Shown piece by piece: positions 61,703-64,000 of a stretch of DNA of 64,000 bases (its first letter is position 1; each line of letters begins with the position of its first letter). Source of the stretch: Candidatus Eiseniibacteriota bacterium (GTDB lineage: Bacteria; Eisenbacteria; RBG-16-71-46); NCBI GenBank assembly GCA_963776245.1, contig CAVZLN010000003.1:1088001-1152000 (forward strand). The letters run 5' to 3'. The notes beneath the pieces were generated by a model. The model did not search any database and had not been told where the DNA came from. It saw nothing but the letters and a program-made list of their open reading frames with translations. The translations under genes and the position numbers were made by a program.

Positions 61703-63166
61703 ATGTTGCGCAACACGTTCATCGCCGCGGCGATCGCCGCGGGCCTCGTTCTCGTACCGGGCGCATCCCAGGCGCGGGTCGGCGTCGAGGTCTGGACCGA
61801 CCGCGGCCAGGACGCGGTCTACAAGCCCGGCGACCTCATGCAGGTCAAGGTGCGCCCGAGCACCGACGCCTACCTGCTCGTCTACGAGATCGACACCGAG
61901 GGGTATGTCCACGTGCTCTTCCCCGAGCGAGGCCAGAGCGGCTTCGTGGAGGGCCGCCGCACGCTCCGTCTGCCCGACGAGGAATCCGCCGTCGAGTTGG
62001 TGGTCGAGAAGAGCACCGGAGAGGCCTACATCGTGGCCGTCGCGTCCGAGCGGCCCTTTGCCGAGATGCCGTGGTACCTGCGTCCATACGATGCCCGCAG
62101 CGAGGGAGTGGAGTACGAGGGGCAGCCCGGCGAGGAGGACGGTGTCACGGGTGAAGGCCGCATCGTGGGCGATCCTTTCGTCGCGATGGAGCGCATCCGC
62201 CGCAAGGTGCTCGACTCGCCCGAGGATCCCGAGAGCTTCGGCTCCGCGTACACCTCGTATTACGTGCACGAGCGCGTCCGCTACCCGCGCTATCTGTGCT
62301 ACGACTGTCATCGGCCCAACCGCTGGGCGTGGTGGGATGGCTTCGATCCCTACTACACGACCTGCAGCGTGGTGGACTTCCGCATCAACTGGGGCTGGTC
62401 GTGGGGGCCCACGTACTGGTTCGGCCACACCCCCTACTTCTGCTACGTGGTGCGCCCGGACTGCGACCCGCGCTGGCGCCGTCACTGGGATGGCCCCTGG
62501 TACTCGTCGTGGGACGGCCACCGCCGGTGGGACACCATGTGGGGCGGGCCGCTGGTGCGGTACAAGACGCCGCCCCCGCCGGGCTACGTCCCGCCGAACA
62601 AGTACAACGACCCCGATCGCTGGCGCGGTCGCGATGCCGTTCCGCTGCCTCCCGGCTTCCTGGCCAACAGCGGCGCGCGCGAGCGCTACCGCCCGATGGT
62701 CCCGATCGGCCGTAACCGGCAGCCGAACGAGCCCGACCTGCAGCCGTCGCAGGACGCGCGCACCCCGCGCGTCGGCACCACCGGGCGGCCCGGGGTCGAC
62801 CGGATGCCGGGCCGCGAGGTGCGCCCCGGCGAGGACCCGGGCACCATCGACCGCCCGGGCCGCGGGGAGCGGCCACAGCCATCGGGCACGCCTCGTGACG
62901 ACGGCGCGGCGCGCCGCGAGCGCGGCTCCGAGCGTCCTTCGCCGGCCTATCAGCCGCGCGAGTCGCGCCCGGCCCCGGAGTCCGCGCCGCCCCGCTCGGA
63001 GCGCGCGCCGAAACCGCGTGACGAGAAGCGCGCCGAGAAGCCGTCCAAGCCGCCGCCGCCACCGCCGGCGCCCGCGCCATCGCGCGGCGAGGGTTCGCGG
63101 GGTGATGGGTCGCGCGGTGACGGATCGCGCGGTGACGGCCCACGCGAACGGCGCGGAGGGCGCTGA
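61703..63166 (+). CDS. DUF4384 domain secreted protein with Trp/Cys-rich middle and Pro/Arg-rich tail
   Basis: AGGAG RBS, signal peptide, VEVWTDRG..VYKPGD...DAYLLVYEIDTEGYVHVLFP; CYDCH motif. Confidence 0.8.
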   Translation: MLRNTFIAAAIAAGLVLVPGASQARVGVEVWTDRGQDAVYKPGDLMQVKVRPSTDAYLLVYEIDTEGYVHVLFPERGQSGFVEGRRTLRLPDEESAVELVVEKSTGEAYIVAVASERPFAEMPWYLRPYDARSEGVEYEGQPGEEDGVTGEGRIVGDPFVAMERIRRKVLDSPEDPESFGSAYTSYYVHERVRYPRYLCYDCHRPNRWAWWDGFDPYYTTCSVVDFRINWGWSWGPTYWFGHTPYFCYVVRPDCDPRWRRHWDGPWYSSWDGHRRWDTMWGGPLVRYKTPPPPGYVPPNKYNDPDRWRGRDAVPLPPGFLANSGARERYRPMVPIGRNRQPNEPDLQPSQDARTPRVGTTGRPGVDRMPGREVRPGEDPGTIDRPGRGERPQPSGTPRDDGAARRERGSERPSPAYQPRESRPAPESAPPRSERAPKPRDEKRAEKPSKPPPPPPAPAPSRGEGSRGDGSRGDGSRGDGPRERRGGR

Positions 63167-63254
63167 CACCCTCCATCGGGTGAGAGCGCAGGTCATCGAT
63201 TCGAGGGGCGGGGCCCGCATCGCGAGCCCCGCCGCTCATGTCCGGAGATCCGGT

Positions 63255-64000
63255 ATGCGTGCGGCGGTTCGGCTGTTTCCCACGATGCTCGTCGCGATCC
63301 TGGCCACCCCGGCCCTGGCGGGGCCGCCGGGGTTCGCGTTCCTGAACGTGCCGGCGGGCGCGCGCGGGGCCTCGCTCGGGGGCGCGTACGCCTCGGTCGC
63401 CACGGGTGCCGAGGCCGCGTTCTGGAACCCGGCGGGTCTCGAGAGCGTGACCGGCATGCAGGTGAGCGGCACCCACATCGAGTTCCTCTCGCACCTTCGC
63501 CACGAGCAGTTCGTGCTCGCCGGCCGCGCCTTCGGCGGCGGGCTGGCGGCCTCGGTGCGCGCGATGTATTCCGAGGCGATCGACCAGCGCGACGACCTGG
63601 GAAACCTGACCGGCTCGTTCGGCTCGCACGACCTGGAGTTCCGGCTGGCCTATGGCCGCCGCGCCCGCGCCGGTCTGTCCCTCGGTGGCTCGGCGCAGGT
63701 GGTGCGCGAGCGTCTCGAGCTGGAAAGTGCCACCACCTATGCGTTCGGGCTGGGCAGCGCGTTCGAGCCCGCCCGGTGGCCCGGGCTGCGGTTGGCGGTG
63801 ACGGCCGACCATCTGGGCCCGGCGGCACGCTTCTCGATCTCGGATTCGCGCGGCGAACCGGTGTCGTTGCCCGCCGCCCTGCAGGCCGGGCTGACGTATG
63901 GACACGGCGTGGGCTCGGGGCTCGTGCTCCGCGGGGTCCTCGAGTCGCGCCTGGCGAGCGGGCGCAACGGCGTCGGGATGCTGGGCGCCGAGGTCGTGCA
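63255..64000 (+). CDS. PorV/PorQ family outer-membrane protein, runs off the right edge
   Basis: Manual translation: MRAAVRLF...FAFLNVPAGARGASLGGAYASVATGAEAAFWNPAGL. Confidence 0.85.
   Translation, partial: MRAAVRLFPTMLVAILATPALAGPPGFAFLNVPAGARGASLGGAYASVATGAEAAFWNPAGLESVTGMQVSGTHIEFLSHLRHEQFVLAGRAFGGGLAASVRAMYSEAIDQRDDLGNLTGSFGSHDLEFRLAYGRRARAGLSLGGSAQVVRERLELESATTYAFGLGSAFEPARWPGLRLAVTADHLGPAARFSISDSRGEPVSLPAALQAGLTYGHGVGSGLVLRGVLESRLASGRNGVGMLGAEVV

Noticed and set aside
63079..63140. Four 15-bp repeats encoding SRG(E/D)G, including RGD
   Set aside because: Low-complexity tail of the DUF4384 protein; nothing supports an integrin-binding role.

Overview
High-GC, gene-dense bacterial chromosome segment from a diderm. 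Outer-membrane barrels, lipoproteins, FlgD-Ig/CTD-tailed secreted proteins and a PorV/PorQ-family gene fit an FCB-related lineage such as Candidatus Eisenbacteria (inference only). Left to right it holds: ArnT/ArnC-like glycosyltransferases; a B12-radical SAM/GT-C operon; a six-gene group-4 hydrogenase/Ehr-type membrane complex whose large subunit keeps all four Ni-ligand cysteines; a repeat-rich secreted protein; a Ser/Thr kinase-TPR protein; GIDE-GIDE-LemA; hsp20-lon; a GH1 glucosidase; a caa3 oxidase operon (about ten frame breaks, probably sequencing errors); tRNA-fMet; ftsB-eno; a SigW-like ECF module; an NtrY/NtrX-like pair; rlmN; and arsR-ppx. The most unusual part is 56.2-61.5 kb. A small signal-peptide-bearing protein sits directly upstream of a TPR-GAF-AAA+ sigma54 activator. 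Downstream come a sigma54 promoter driving about 340 nt of strongly base-paired non-coding sequence, then a second, consensus sigma54 promoter driving a lipoprotein/DUF4384/PorV cluster. This is a candidate peptide-sensing, sigma54-dependent ncRNA circuit. No CRISPR array, integrase or transposase was seen. Start codons were adjusted by eye from the ORF track and no database searches were run.
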